A DNA stretch of 64,000 bases, from NCBI GenBank assembly GCA_036172245.1, contig JAYWIR010000040.1, positions 1,922,001 to 1,986,000 on the forward strand, read 5' to 3'. The notes beneath the pieces are model-generated. The model was not told the DNA's origin. It made no database searches and was given only the letters and a program-made list of their open reading frames with translations. A program made the position numbers and the translations under genes. Below, in pieces: positions 1-12,100 of the stretch. This DNA is from Raillietiella orientalis. Lineage: Eukaryota. Every line of letters begins with the position of its first letter. Within the stretch, counting starts at the first letter, position 1.

Positions 1-2420
1 CACGCCCTCGCTTCTCCTCGCGTCGACGAACCGTCCCGATTCGGAGAAAAGAAGTGGAGGGCAAAGCGAGCTCCCACCCACCCTCCTCCGCATCATTGCA
101 GTCTCCAAAGGAGATCTCTCCGTCTCCGATCTCCTGCGTCTCCACGAGTCTGCCATCCCTTGGTCCCGTTCCGCCCGCCCCAGGGAGGGTAGCTCACGCG
201 AAACGAACCGCCTCTGGTGGGAGGCGTGCCGGAGCTCTCGCCCCTTTCTGGTGGTTCACTCGATGGTCTTTTCCTGTGCCCTTCCTCTGTGGTCCACGCA
301 AGAAAACAACAAACCCTCGTCCCACGGGGAGACCCAAGTCGGCGGTCCTCGAGAGCATCCTTCCTCCCCCCTCCCTGAACTTCCTCCATAGGAGCGGACA
401 GGATGCGCCGAAAGCTCCGGCTGCGCTGAGGAGGCTGAGAGATGAAGGATTGCATCTCTCTCCGGAGGGTCGATCACAGTCCTTGCCGTAGGTTGTTGGA
501 TCGTCCCTTTTCAAAGAGACCGAGGCTTCAGATCTGACCTTTGCTCTAAACCAGGGAGTGGAAGACACGCCCGCTCTATCGGCCCGAGGAAAGCGCCTGT
601 GGCAGCAGCGATTCGGAAGGTGGAGGCGGAACTCTTCTTGCCTCTGCAGCTTTCGATCTCGTTGGTCCGTTGGAGATCTCACATTGAAGAAGCCGATCCT
701 CCGGGAGCTTGAAAGGAGGCTTTTCAAGGACGAACAGTTTGAGGTCACGGTTCCCGGGGGGCATAGAAGCGAGGCGAGGGGACGGATCAGCCTGAAACTC
801 ATGGCAGGCGAAGTCGATGGACCCATCGCTTCTAGCGCACGCCACACGGGAGGCTGGGAGAAGCCACGAGTCGCCATCATCCACTTATAGCCTCCCTAAC
901 GGAGCTTTGTTGTCTGGGACGCTTTCGGCGACACTACGCAACCCGTGGGCGAAACGACGAAACTTTACGGACACATGGCGTCTTTCCGAGCACACTGGGG
1001 TCTCACTCAACACGCTTCCTTCCGAGTCACGCCCGCACAAGAGACGTATACTCACTTACTTGTTGCCGATGATTTTCATCAGCTTGTAATAGAGCTCCTC
1101 ATCTTCATCCTCATCCTCCGAGGCGATGTCAGGGTTCGGCCCACCTGGAAGAGGAGACACCAATCAGAATCGATACCGTGAGCCGTCAGCGCGCGCCCTT
1201 CCGCCCCGTTTTCAACAGGGCAAAAGGAAGGAATGGCTGCTGGGCTCACCTGACTCATCTTCGTCGAGGGATGCGCCAACGATGGCGGACAGTAAGAGGA
1301 AGGCGGCAGCGGAGACCTGCACGCGCCGGTTCATGGCACGCCTGTTGATGGTCCTGGAGAGAAAGGGAAGGGTCGAGGGGTCGCTCCTGGAAAGCATGAA
1401 AAAAGCAGCTTCCCACCGCCTCCTAGAAAATTTCTGATCCCGTGGCGCTCATCGACCCCCTCCTCCGCGCTCACCCGATTTGGCACCTCGAGACACCCGT
1501 GACTGCGCTGACGCCGGGGAACGGAGGAGCATCTGCGAAAGCTCGTTCGTCTCCTCCTCCTTGCTCTTCCAGTTCCGTCCTTCCACCCTCGCCCCCTTTC
1601 CCCACCCTTCACTTTTGTTTTTATTCATCGGAGCCTCTGGGAAGGCTCCAGACCATTCTTTCCTCTCAGGGAGAGGATGAAGAGGAGATGCGCAGAGCAT
1701 CCTTCGGACGGAACTGGGCGCAAGCATCACCCTCTCTCTCTAATGTGCTCTCCCGCGAGACTGACACCGTTAGATTCGTTCCTCCCCTATTTCGCGGGAA
1801 CGCCATCCTTCCCCCCTTTACCCCCACAGCGGCGCGAGCCTCTCTGAGTGGTGACGGAGAGCACCTTTCTCTTCTCTAGGGTCCCCTTTGAGGTCGAGGG
1901 GTGCCATCCGCGAACCAGACAGCCAGGATACTCCGGCGCACCACCTTCCGCTCCTCCCTTCTTTCCCATCTCAAAGGAATGCTCACGTTGCCGTGGAGTC
2001 TCCCATCACTCCGCGGCGGCGTTCGGGACCCGGAACACTCCTCCTCCCTCCCAGAAGGCAGTGCGCGTGCGCTTTGGCCACTATGGACGGAACTTGCCAA
2101 CGCGAAAAGAAAGAAGGGTTTCGGGCCGTCTGCACGCGGAAATTGCCTACTGATGCAAGCTGACCACTCTCTCGCACCGGGATCGTGGGCAGGGGAGGCC
2201 GCTTTTTCCACGGGCCTCGCTGGAGGAATTCCCGAGAGCTTCCCTGGTGACCTCTCGGCTCCACTGCGCTTCCTCTGACCAGCCCCTCCTACAGCCAAGA
2301 GAGTAGCGGGGCGGCGGAGGTCGCGCGGTCTCCCTTCCTCACCATTTCCTCCTGCGCGCGCGCGCAAAAGCCCCACGGGTCGCTTTCTCTAATTCCTCGG
2401 CGGCTCCGCTGGCGCACGGA
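1..2420 (-). mobile_element. Decayed L1/Tx1-like ORF2 (endonuclease-linker-RT), runs off the window start
   Basis: Ordered degenerate motifs on minus: VMGDST (~GDFN, ~2000), AEEGVDERHGIRNFL (linker, ~1450), GRALTAHGIDSDWCLLFQVG (~GKAPGPDG..FW..VG, ~1170), WRALEAMG (~830), EFQADPSP (~RQGDPLSP, ~790), LPEDRLL (~YADD, ~700); many frameshifts. Confidence 0.65.
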
Positions 2421-2435
2421 AAAGGCGAAGAGGGG

Positions 2436-2453
2436 AAAAAAAAAAAAAAAAAA
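2436..2453. repeat. A18 homopolymer (T18 on minus, between putative ORF1 and ORF2)
   Basis: Seen directly. Confidence 0.95.
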
Positions 2454-2459
2454 GACGAT

Positions 2460-3420
2460 CCGTTCCCGGGGGGTACGTGCGTCGCCACCGCCACTGCTCC
2501 CCCGGGAGCGATAAGGAAGCGACTGCCCCTACTCACTGTCGTGGCGGGAGAAAGAACGAAATCCAGACGCGCGGATGTGTCCTTCGGTTTCGCCGCAGAT
2601 GGGCCGGACGCTCCTTACTGAGAGTTGAGTGGGATCCTCCAGCCGCGCTCGCATCCCGCTCCCCCCAAAATCCCCGAATTTATAGGCTCCATGCGAGTGT
2701 CAGCGAGGAGCAGCTGTGCGCGCAGAATGGTCGGCGATGCGAAAAGCCATCCCCTCCGCCTCCCTCTCCTTTCCCTCCCTCGCTCCGTCCCGCCCCGAAG
2801 AGGAGCAGAGAGGACGCGGCCATCCCGCGATAGGCGGGAAACCCTCGTCCTGGACCTTGTAGACGTGTGGTCCTCCTACCCCTGTCGGTCCCACCTTCGA
2901 AAAGGCCAAGGAAGGGGGATGGGTTTTATCCTCTCCTCCTGTTTTTGCCGGCCTCCGGACTCTGCAACCCTGGCAGAGGACGACTCCCTCCTGACCCCCC
3001 CATTCCCAAGCGGGGCCAGCGTGGCGCACGCGCGAGAGGCAACACCAGCGCACAGAGGAAACCTCTCCGGCGCGCGCCAGACCGATCGGCCGGGAAGAGT
3101 CTCCGGGCCTCGCACCCACCATGTACGTAGTTCCCGCCGCCGCCGGCAGGCGCTCGCGTCGCACCCGGCGCCCTTTGGCTGCGGCGCGCCCGGTGGTCGA
3201 AGAATACTTCGGGAAATGGTTGGAGGAGGAATACGCGCCCGTTCCTTCCTCCTGCCCACCATCTTGCAGCATAAGAGCGAGGAGGATTCCGAAGGTCCGG
3301 TGCTGGCGGCTCTTCTGGACGGATCCACTCCGGACGAAGCCTTTCCTCGGCCACCCCTCCGGCATTCCATGAAAACGGAAAACGAATCGGAGAGTGTTCC
3401 CTCCACCTCCAGACTACAAC
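2460..3420 (-). mobile_element. Possible decayed ORF1 (gag-like) of the element at 1-2420
   Basis: WGGQEGVVLCQGCR (~2960-3000) resembles the Tx1 ORF1 Y.GQ...C..C knuckle lead-in; lies upstream of the endonuclease remnant; very GC/CpG-rich. Confidence 0.35.
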
Positions 3421-3449
3421 ACCAGACGCACCTGTCAGCCGGCGGATAG

Positions 3450-5400
3450 CTCCTCCCTCCTCGCGGAAGGACAGCAGCCAGGGGAACCCCAAGATCCGGA
3501 AAGCTCTTGTGATGTGGAAGTCTCCAGAAAGAATCGGTCTCAAGAACGTCCTAGAGCTAGGAAGCAGCCCAACAGCGTGAACTGGGGGTCCTCGAGAAGT
3601 CGGGAGGCATCCTGTAGACGAGTGGGAGAGAAGAAGGAGCTCCTCGCGAAACATGCAGCGCGGACGAACTTCGGGGTCCCCCCTTCCCTCGCCCCACCTC
3701 GTGCGTTTTGCTGAGGAATGATAAGCGTGCCCCTGGCTGCGGCGCGGGGGAGAGGGCGTATCCCGGATTCCGATTCCCTTCTCTAGGATGGAACCAGGAG
3801 AGGTGGCGCGGGAGACCCTGGCGGCGGCTCTGCACACCGCAGCCGAAGAACGTGCGTGGGGGGTGATCGAGCAAGTTCGGACTTCCCGAGAGACAGCCGC
3901 TTCGACTTGGACGCGTACGGATACGGTCCATCCCTTTTTCTCCGGAGTGCTAGGAAACGTCGTTTTGTGATTGACGCGGCCGCCGTTTTCGAGGGTATCA
4001 ACGATGATGATCATGGAAGACGGGCTGTAGCGAGTGTGAGCCCCTCTCCCTTCCTCCCTCCACCCCTCTCTGTCGCTAGGCAATGCGAAACTGCCTTCAC
4101 AAGTCGCCTTCGTGTATGCATGCTGCACATGTGACTCCTCGAAGGTATCTTTCCTGATATGCACGAGACAGATAATCGCTGCTGACAATTCCGAAATCCC
4201 CATGGGTCTGCAGCTAGAGCATCGACAAGACTGTCGACCATCTTCCTCAGCATTTCGTGTGCGCGTTCCTCCAGGTCAACTATAGAGCGAAAGAAAGGTT
4301 CGAAAAGAAAGGTTCGCGAAAGCTATGCCGTTCTTCCGAGGAAACGGACCTCCTGGCACGACAGATTCGAGAGCCGTGGAATCGTTTGCTTCGGCGTCGG
4401 AAAGATCTCGAACTTCGTAATGGAACGGCGCATCGTTCGTCTGTTACCTCCCATCTCTTCTTTTCTCTTCGTCATCTGGAGGTCCGCTTTGACTGGCAGG
4501 CGAGAACACAAATCTTTATGAAACGCATCCCACTCGTTCCAGATGCTGCATAATAGCAGCATCCTTAAAGAGAACTCTCAGGCATTTCAATTTCGATGGG
4601 TTATTCCTGGCGAATAGAATCCATTCGTTGCTTCTTCGCGCTGCTAGCTGAGAGCTAACGCCCCTGCATTTTCATGGTGAATTCTTTAATTACCCAAATG
4701 ACTCTTTCCTTTAACAGGTCGTCTAACACTCCCGAATCCATCAGGATGGAAACCCTCCGAGTTTCCGTGGATACTGCTGGAGAGCTCTTGAAATAAAGAG
4801 GTTTAATGGAACGTTCTCAAGCGAAGACATGAAGGTGAAGGGCACTCCAGCGGCGGGCTCCAGCAGCCACTTGGAGCCCTGCTCCGGAACCGCAAGGCCG
4901 ACACGGCCGCCGTCGTCCGAAGTGAGCACTGGGATTTCGGAGCATCGTTTGTTCGGAAAGCAACAATCTCATGCGGGAACGCCCGCGGTGCTCTTCGTGG
5001 CTTCCTTAGCAGACACAAACAGAAGATGGCTCAAAAGATCGTGCGTGTGCGCGTCCTCGGGCACCATCATCTTCAATTTATTCAAGATGGAACCTCCGTC
5101 ATTGGCACATATTGATGCATGCGACCATAGATGATCCGCTACACGAGACACACACACACTGCTCCTTCAACAGAATGCAGTGCCTTTCCTTGAGGCATTC
5201 CCATTCTCTCTGCGTGAGATTCGGAGAGCTTTCGAACCAGCAGGCAAGGTGGCACCGTGCGAGAAAACAACAAGAGCAAAGGCTTAAGCGGGAACCTTTG
5301 GAGTCTTCCTGTTTACACGAGGTTGTTTGACAAGAAAGGCAGATCAGAGGGAGCTGATCGATTCCTCCTTCCGCTGCGACTTTCCTCCGTGCCCAAACAT
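3450..5400 (+). mobile_element. Decayed L1/Tx1-like ORF2 (RT to zinc knuckle)
   Basis: FDLDAY/DTVHPFF..VLG (3901-3956, ~LD..KAYD.V), SVSPSPFL (~4040), IIAADN (~YADD, ~4175), FLQVNY (~SGL.VN, ~4270), CVCASSGTIIFNLF (knuckle-like, ~5045). Confidence 0.7.
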
Positions 5401-7125
5401 CCAGACCCAAAACCGCCTTGGCTCTGGAACTCCGAGTAAAAAAGTAATGAGTCGTATGGAATTTTCCGATTCCTCCTCCTCCTCGCTTCGTAATTCTTTC
5501 GCCCCCACTTTCCCGGTGCCATCCTCGCGTGCTGACGCAACCGAGTGCTCGAGATGACGGCAGGGAAGGTGACTCCGAACGCACGTTCGTCGAGAGACCC
5601 GGAATTCAAACAATATCTTTAATTTCCGACTCCAGGCTCCTCTTCTGCACAAAGACAGCGCAGATTAGACATCAGCATGATGTCCTGGAGACCCCGGCCA
5701 GCAATCGGAAATGCATAGATGCGTGGAGTAGAACTCCAATTCGCGAAACAAAACAGAGAGAGACATCTGCTCTCCGCGAGGTTCGATGCAATAATTGCTT
5801 TCATCTTTTGAGGTGCTTCGGCGTATCCATGGCCGGGAAGGATTTGCCTTCCTTTCGATGTTGCCTCTGCGGAAAAACATGGATTTGTACTCTGGTCTGA
5901 CGAGACTTCTTGAGCTTTTGAATCGTCTTCCCCTATTGGTCCTTCATGGTCGTCCCCTATGATTCCATGCAGGCGATCAAATAGACAATTGCTAGATTTC
6001 CATCCATATTTCTCCACCCGGGCACGCACCAGCAGATTCAAGAATCGACCCGGTCATCAGCACGTCGGATTCGAAGTTCGTGACACGAGGGACCCACCTT
6101 CCTGCTTCTTTGTTTGAAAATCCGGCTCGAGAGGAGCCCTCCTTCTGCATCATCCTTGGGATCAATTCCCTCCCAGGCCTCCGCAAGGAAAAGAAGCCCT
6201 CGGGTCACCGCAAAATCCAGGATCACTTGCCTTGCAGTGAGACAATGAGGAATCCAGTTCAGAATTTGACGACCAGTGCTATGAACGCAGCACGAATCAT
6301 CAGGAAGCAACTCGGCGCATCTTTTCGTTCTTAGGACTCTTTTCACGACCTCAGAGACTGGGCAGGGTCCGAAAAGCAGCAGATAGAGCTTAGCTGGAGA
6401 TCGCTGCTCACCTTCCGCCTTATATGGATTATTCCACAGCCTCACATGCCACACAACTTCGTACTTACTATTTCGTAAGAGATCGTTGATGGCTCTCAGG
6501 AGGCGCCTCAGGAGCGCATGAACGTGTTTCCGAGTCGCCGCTTTATTAGAAAGGCACAAATATCCTTTTCAACAGAGGCATCTCTGGAGAGCTGTTTCGG
6601 CATACAGCATCTGGCATTCCTAGTAGAGCTGGCAACTTATATATTCCCTAGTCCAGAAATGGAGATAAGAGACGATGACAGCTAGAAGAAAACAAGTTCC
6701 TGTTAGATGTCTCTCAGTTCCATGCGCGAGCGAGTAGCAAGGATCTCCAAGACGGAAGCCCGCGCGACCCCAACCTGCGAACGCCGAAGTGAAAACTTCT
6801 CCTTTCCTGGCAACGAGACGTCCCACTGTGCCTTCTGATGGGGTACATCAGCAGTGTATCCCACCCTTGGTTTCTCATCTGCCACTATTGGTGGCAACCA
6901 TGCATTCTTCTCGTTTCGACAGTGCGCACTCGTCTCATCGCAGCGATACACTCTGCACCGCAATGGTCCACATCAAGGAATTACAGGTGCAGCAGACAGC
7001 AGGTGGAATAGCCGAGATTGCGTAATGCATTGAGGGCACGTAGCGTGAGGATGCCCTACGCAGACGGATTCGGTCACAAACATCTTCCTCCGCAGCGCGC
7101 GACCTCCCGAAAGCAACGTCCACAG
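5400..7125 (-). mobile_element. Decayed L1/Tx1-like ORF2 (RT to 3' end)
   Basis: LDVDH (~LLNVDYK, ~6970), IVADEKP (~LD.EKA, ~6875), GFRLGDPCYS (~GVRQGDPLSP, ~6745), KLYLLLFGPCP (~6380), CISDCWPGSPGHH knuckle remnant (~5700). Confidence 0.65.
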
Positions 7126-7129
7126 GAAG

Positions 7130-7987
7130 GGGGGGAGAGAAGGGGTTTCCTACTCCGGTGATGAAAACGAAAGAGGCGTGCTGTGCGAGAAAGCAGAAAG
7201 TGGCTTTTTCGAACGACAGGATTCAATAAAGCCATCAGTAAAAGTGCAAACTCGCGAATGGATGGATCACATAATTCATTAAATATTCAGTCTCCGGACG
7301 GACTCTAATTATGAGGAGAGGATTCAAACAGTGAGCAGCATCGGCAGCACAGGAGGAGCGAGAGACAATTTTAAAAGCGAAACTGCAATTACGGAATCGA
7401 TTACTCTCTTTCTACTGGAGAAGACAGAGCAAATTGATTGAGCTGACGTTCCCAGAGTCCTGATTAATCATCGTGGCACTGCACCACTGGGATCGCTTCA
7501 GGAGCAAACAATCACCCACGATGCTCAGACACGCCTTCTAGGAATGGATCCTTTGAAAAAAGCACACAGCTTCCCCCCTTCCCTCCTCCGACTGCCATGC
7601 TCCCTGACACCAAGAACAGCAGTTGCTCGCCTGCTCTTACAAACACAGCACTCCCCTGCTCCCCGATGAAAGAAGGCATGGTAACGCCAATGCTCCTCCT
7701 TGCCGGAACAAAAAGAAAGAAGGGAAAGTATGATCGCCCACTCCATCGATGGCTCTATCCTTGTGGACGGATCTCAGCTGATGCTTTCTTGGCGCCATTT
7801 CGAGTTGATGGAGCGTCGAAAGAAGTCCGGAAAGATCTCGGAAACACGAACCTTCATGGACCCCCTTCCTTCTAAAAAGCTGAATAGTTCTTTCCTAGTT
7901 TTTGTTGCTTTCCTCGAGTCCTATCGAGTTCAGGATCTACCCTAGCGTCCCGGAAACGGACTCACTAACCCTCGAAAAAAAAAAAAA
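7130..7987 (+). mobile_element. Probable LINE 3' fragment ending in an A13 tail
   Basis: PCSPMKEG...MLLLA knuckle-like segment (~7655), IAHSIDG (similar to LHAIEATW in other copies), T-rich stretch at ~7890, A13 at 7975-7987. Strand uncertain. Confidence 0.4.
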
Positions 7988-7989
7988 TT

Positions 7990-8800
7990 AGCAGACGGGA
8001 AAAGGGCACAATAGTACGTTGCCTAGGACCTGGTTTCATCGGCTTTGTCTCACCGACAAGTCAGATGAGGGAGATGCCGAATATGAACTTGTTCAAACGG
8101 TTTCAATGGGGTCTCGCGTCCGAGAAGCAGCAGACCTCTGTCGGAAACCAGAGCTCTTGAGTAGCCCATTCCAACTTGTGCCTGATGTTAATCTTCTCTC
8201 GCATCCTTTAAAGAACTGTCGTGACGTCCCAGAAACCTTGTTCCTCTTTGGGTGCCAGAATGCTCCGGGACTTGTCGAAAAGGTCACAATTCTTCCTTCA
8301 CCTCTGGGATTCGCTTCCTCCATCGGCTTGTTTTAAAGGATCAAAGTCTAGCTTCCGGGGTGGCTAAGCAACAGACCAGAGATGAGACCTTCCCCAGTAA
8401 ACCTTCAGCATCGCGGCTACCGATCTTGCCGCAACTGTCCGCCGACAAGCATTGCTGCCTTCGCAACCCCATAAAACGAGCGGAATCAGATGCAAGAGAA
8501 ATGGAGGGAGAGTGCCTGCTGGGCTCGGTGCCCTCTCTGGATCAGCTACAGCAAGAGAAGAGCCGAATAATCCGAGAAGGTTCTCCAGAGAGAATAGGCC
8601 ATCTAATCAGGCTTGTTGCTTCCAGCTCCTTCTCCTTCTTCCCCCGGAAGATTCCTGTGGATTAGATGGCAGCAGAATAGACGCAGGTGGCTTTCCCTTT
8701 CCATTGCTGCCTGCAAAAAGCCTTGAGGTACCAAATGTTCTTGCAACGTGGATACGCGTGCAGCTCAGGGGCGTGTATTGCCAACGATAAACAAACCAAA
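7990..8800 (-). mobile_element. Decayed LINE RT fragment
   Basis: GTEPSRHSP (~G.RQG..LSP), CLSADS (~YADD, ~8440), RLTSGTSWNGLLKSSGFRQR (~RL..W..LS..GR, ~8170). Confidence 0.45.
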
Positions 8801-8959
8801 AAATAAAAGAATTCTCAGTAAGACGCTGGTTCCTACCGAAGTCTTAATACTCTGGGTGCACTGACGAGAAACCAGTCAACTTGTCATTGAGGGTAGCTTT
8901 GGTAAAGGAGGGAGGGAGAAAAAAAAAAAAAATTCTTAGATACACAGCTGTTTATGAGG

Positions 8960-10220
8960 GGGGAGGGGGTATTATGCGAAAAAGGGCTATTGGCTATCCT
9001 ATAGGCCTCCTTACATCCCGTGCAGGATGTCGTGAAGTCCCACTCTTGAATACATTAGGTGGGACCACCTTGTTGTCCTCCTCACTAAGGAGACGGTCAC
9101 GTGGCTGGCGTTCTCTCCGTGTGGCTCCGGCAAGCGGCGTCGAGTTGCGCATGAAGGTCCGCTTCAGCAGGCCTCCTAGGGTCGTCTCCCGAGGTAGAAG
9201 AAGCAAGGCAGTCACGAGAGACGCCGTGATGTTCTCATCCGCTCCAGTGACCCATCTTCAGGATCAGTGGGCGCTGCAAAAATTTCTTAACGGCTTACAA
9301 GGCCGTGGGCTTCTCCGCTGCACCGTCGCAGACCCGACCGAAACTATTCTGCGGACCTCAGGACCGTGCGCTGCCAATTTTTCCATGGAGGGTGCCGTCG
9401 CTGGCATTTCTGGTCTTTAGCTATTCATCAGAGATGAAAGTGAGAACGATCAGTGAGGGTTTCCGGTTCACCAAGGAAGATTTCCGTCGGTTCTTTGAGC
9501 GGAAAAAGCGGCTTGCTTTTCGGTTGCAAAAACCATTGCTCAAAGAACGAAGCTCCGCTGCAGCGAAGCATCGGTTGTCCTTCGAGGTCACACCCAAACC
9601 GGACAACCCCAGGCAGTCGGCAAAAGGAGTCCGGCCGGAGGAAGGTGACCGAGATCACGCCTAAGATGGAGGATAAACCGAGATTCTTCTTCCTCCTCCT
9701 CCAAGTCAATTCTGCGATCTCTATTTTCTTTAGCCGGCCAACCCGAGAAGATGGCGGGAGCGACCAGGAGACTCCCCGCAACGCTCAAAGAGCCACGCAT
9801 CTTTGAGTAGCTCGACCTGTGGACTCCGAGAGCCTCTCGGACAATCCTCCAGTTCCTTCGACGAAGAACGTGCCTGCGGGAAGCGCGCTGTGATGTTTCG
9901 GAGAGATGCAAGAGGGAGCGCTGTCGGCGGAATGCCCAATGGACGCTCGGAAGGGATAGGAGCGAGTTGGCTGTGACGCACATGAGTCCGCGGAGTCCCG
10001 TGCCCCGTCGTGGATGACGCAAAAAACACCTCGCCTCCTGCCCGTGTTTCCTCCTCTTTTCACCGGGATTGGTTCTCGCCCCCTGACTGCGTTCGTCGAC
10101 CCTTTCGCAGGAGGTCGAGATCTCCACTTCAGTGAACGTCATTTTCTCTCAATTAGTGGCCACTCCCTTTGCAAGAGCCTGGTCCTGTGGGCTGCGCGAT
10201 CTGTTCATTATTAATAAACC
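8960..10220 (+). mobile_element. Decayed L1/Tx1-like ORF2 (RT to 3' end)
   Basis: EYIRWDHL (~D.V.WD.L, ~9050), TVADPT (~FADD, ~9325), AGISGL (~9405), HRLSFEV (~LS.EGR, ~9570), PCP...TPRLL knuckle remnant (~10000), ends at ATTAATAAAC (~10215). Confidence 0.65.
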
Positions 10221-10229
10221 CCAGGAACT

Positions 10230-12100
10230 CGAGCTGCGGGAGTGAAGCGGGAAAAAAAGGAATGAAGGAAGCTGCCGTGAAGAAGTTCTCGACGACCTCC
10301 TTCGAGCTGGAAGGCATTCCTGAGGGCGTTCATCATGCTGCTCGTTTCTCCCGGTACAATGGTTGACCTTCGTAGACTGTTCGAGAACTTTAGGAACGGA
10401 GGAGGAGGCATCAAATGATGATTTTACAGCTTCCTGAATCAGGCAATGTGAGAACGCATAAAATGCGAACCTCATCGTACCGAGGAAGAGGGGGAAAAAG
10501 GGAAATCAACTGGAAGAAACGCATTGGAGATCGAAATTCCAGATGACCATCGCAACGCACGGATCTGGGAAGAGGATGCAATGCCTGAAAGGATTCTGTG
10601 ATTCCGAAGACGCGAACGGTGAAAAATTAAGGCAAATTCGATGATCGAAGGAACTCCAGAGATAGATGGAAAAGACGGAGATTGAATCCGCATACCAGAG
10701 GAGCAAGGAGGGACGATGAGCTACATGAGATTGCATTCTTGTTATTTGGTGAGGCACAAGAACGAAGAGTCCCCTCCCCTCCCGCTTCTAGCGGTTGCTC
10801 ACGAGGCCATGAACCTTCTGAACCTATTTGAGCGTTCTCTCTCTCCTCGCCGATCGGCCATGTGCTGGATCACTTGGAGTGGGTGCCGGGAGCAGCTGGG
10901 TGCCACCTGCTTCCCGGCTTTCTGCCGATGTGCCGGGTCCTCCGAGCACGTGAATGGACAGGGGTGCAGCGACCAATGGCCTCCGGCAGCGCGGGTTCCT
11001 GAGCTGCTCTCAAGCCGAAAACTGGTTGAATATGAGGTGAGGGGCTTTTCCTCGCTCTCCCTGAAGGATCGGCCATCTCCGGTCCTTTCCTTCTCACTTC
11101 CTCGTCCGGTTCTTCGCTGAGACCTTCAGGCGCATCCTCTGCTAACCTGAGATGCCGCATCGCTTGCGGCGCGAAGCGTCGGCTGAGTCGTTCCTCCTGC
11201 AGCTTCCAAAGGAGTTTCTCTCCGGCCTCCCCAGCAGGAACAAATTGGGAAACTTCGTTTCGCATATGCAGCATGAGGGGGGGGAGCAATGTTGGCAGTT
11301 CAGGCCCGAATTCCCCGCATGATCGTTTCCGCACATTCATCCGAAGTGGGACGAAAGTTTGATCTTTTTCTCCCATCTCTCACAGTTGAACTCTCCTGGA
11401 GAAGTTTCCCACTCTCTTCCTCGCCTCACCTCTTGCGAAAGATTCTCAGATATTCACTTCCTCCCCCCTTCCCAGCCAGCGCAGCAGGCAAAAGAACTTC
11501 TTCCGAGCTCAGTTTCTCCGTGACACTCATCCTATAGCTGCCAGAATCGACGAGCTCCAAAGTACCAAAGTTTCTGGGAATTCGAAACTTTGGTCCTCCA
11601 TCTCCCCGCGTCCGACTGGAATACCTGCTCATGAACTGTGGAAAGCTCTTGAACTTGGCCACTGAAGTGGTCTCTGAGAGGATGCATGGCTTTCCTCACG
11701 CGAAGGAAGGTACATGTGCATGGGATTTTGTGCGCCCAGGGAAGGGAGCTGTCATCCACTACACCAGAAAGCAGGGCAGCCCCAGCTGGCGCTCCATCCA
11801 GAGTCCCGGAGCCCACTGCGGCGTGGATCCTGGCGTTCCATCTCCTATGCGCAATTCAACTTTTGTCTGATACTCCTTCTTGCCGGGGATCCTTTTCTTG
11901 CTGAGATACTCCAGCTCCTGTCCCTCAGGCGGCGTGCGGTCCCTCTTTGAGGTCCCGACGGCCACAGCCCACCTCTCGGCTGCGCTGTGACTCTCTCCGA
12001 GGAGAAGAGTTCGGTGAGTTGTCCCATCATTCCTCACAACCGCTGACGATTTCGTTGTACAGTACTAACCTTAGAAGCAGAATTTGGCTTCAATAAGAAA
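10230..12100 (+). mobile_element. Decayed L1/Tx1-like ORF2 (linker-RT-knuckle)
   Basis: EEEGEK (~10485), VLDHLEW (~FD.V.W, ~10865), VNG (~10950), SPVLSFSL (~11080), EFLSGLPSRNK (~F..SGL.IN..K, ~11215), HCG...FHLLC (~11820). Confidence 0.6.

Noticed and set aside
2926..4203. Longest ORF in the track (425 aa) as a real gene
   Set aside because: GC-rich, Arg/Ser/Gly/Pro-biased, and spans two oppositely oriented relics, partly antisense to an RT remnant.
7960..12080. CTAAC branch-point introns (7965, 11142, 12065)
   Set aside because: No matching donor sites or coherent exons; the motifs lie inside repeat relics.
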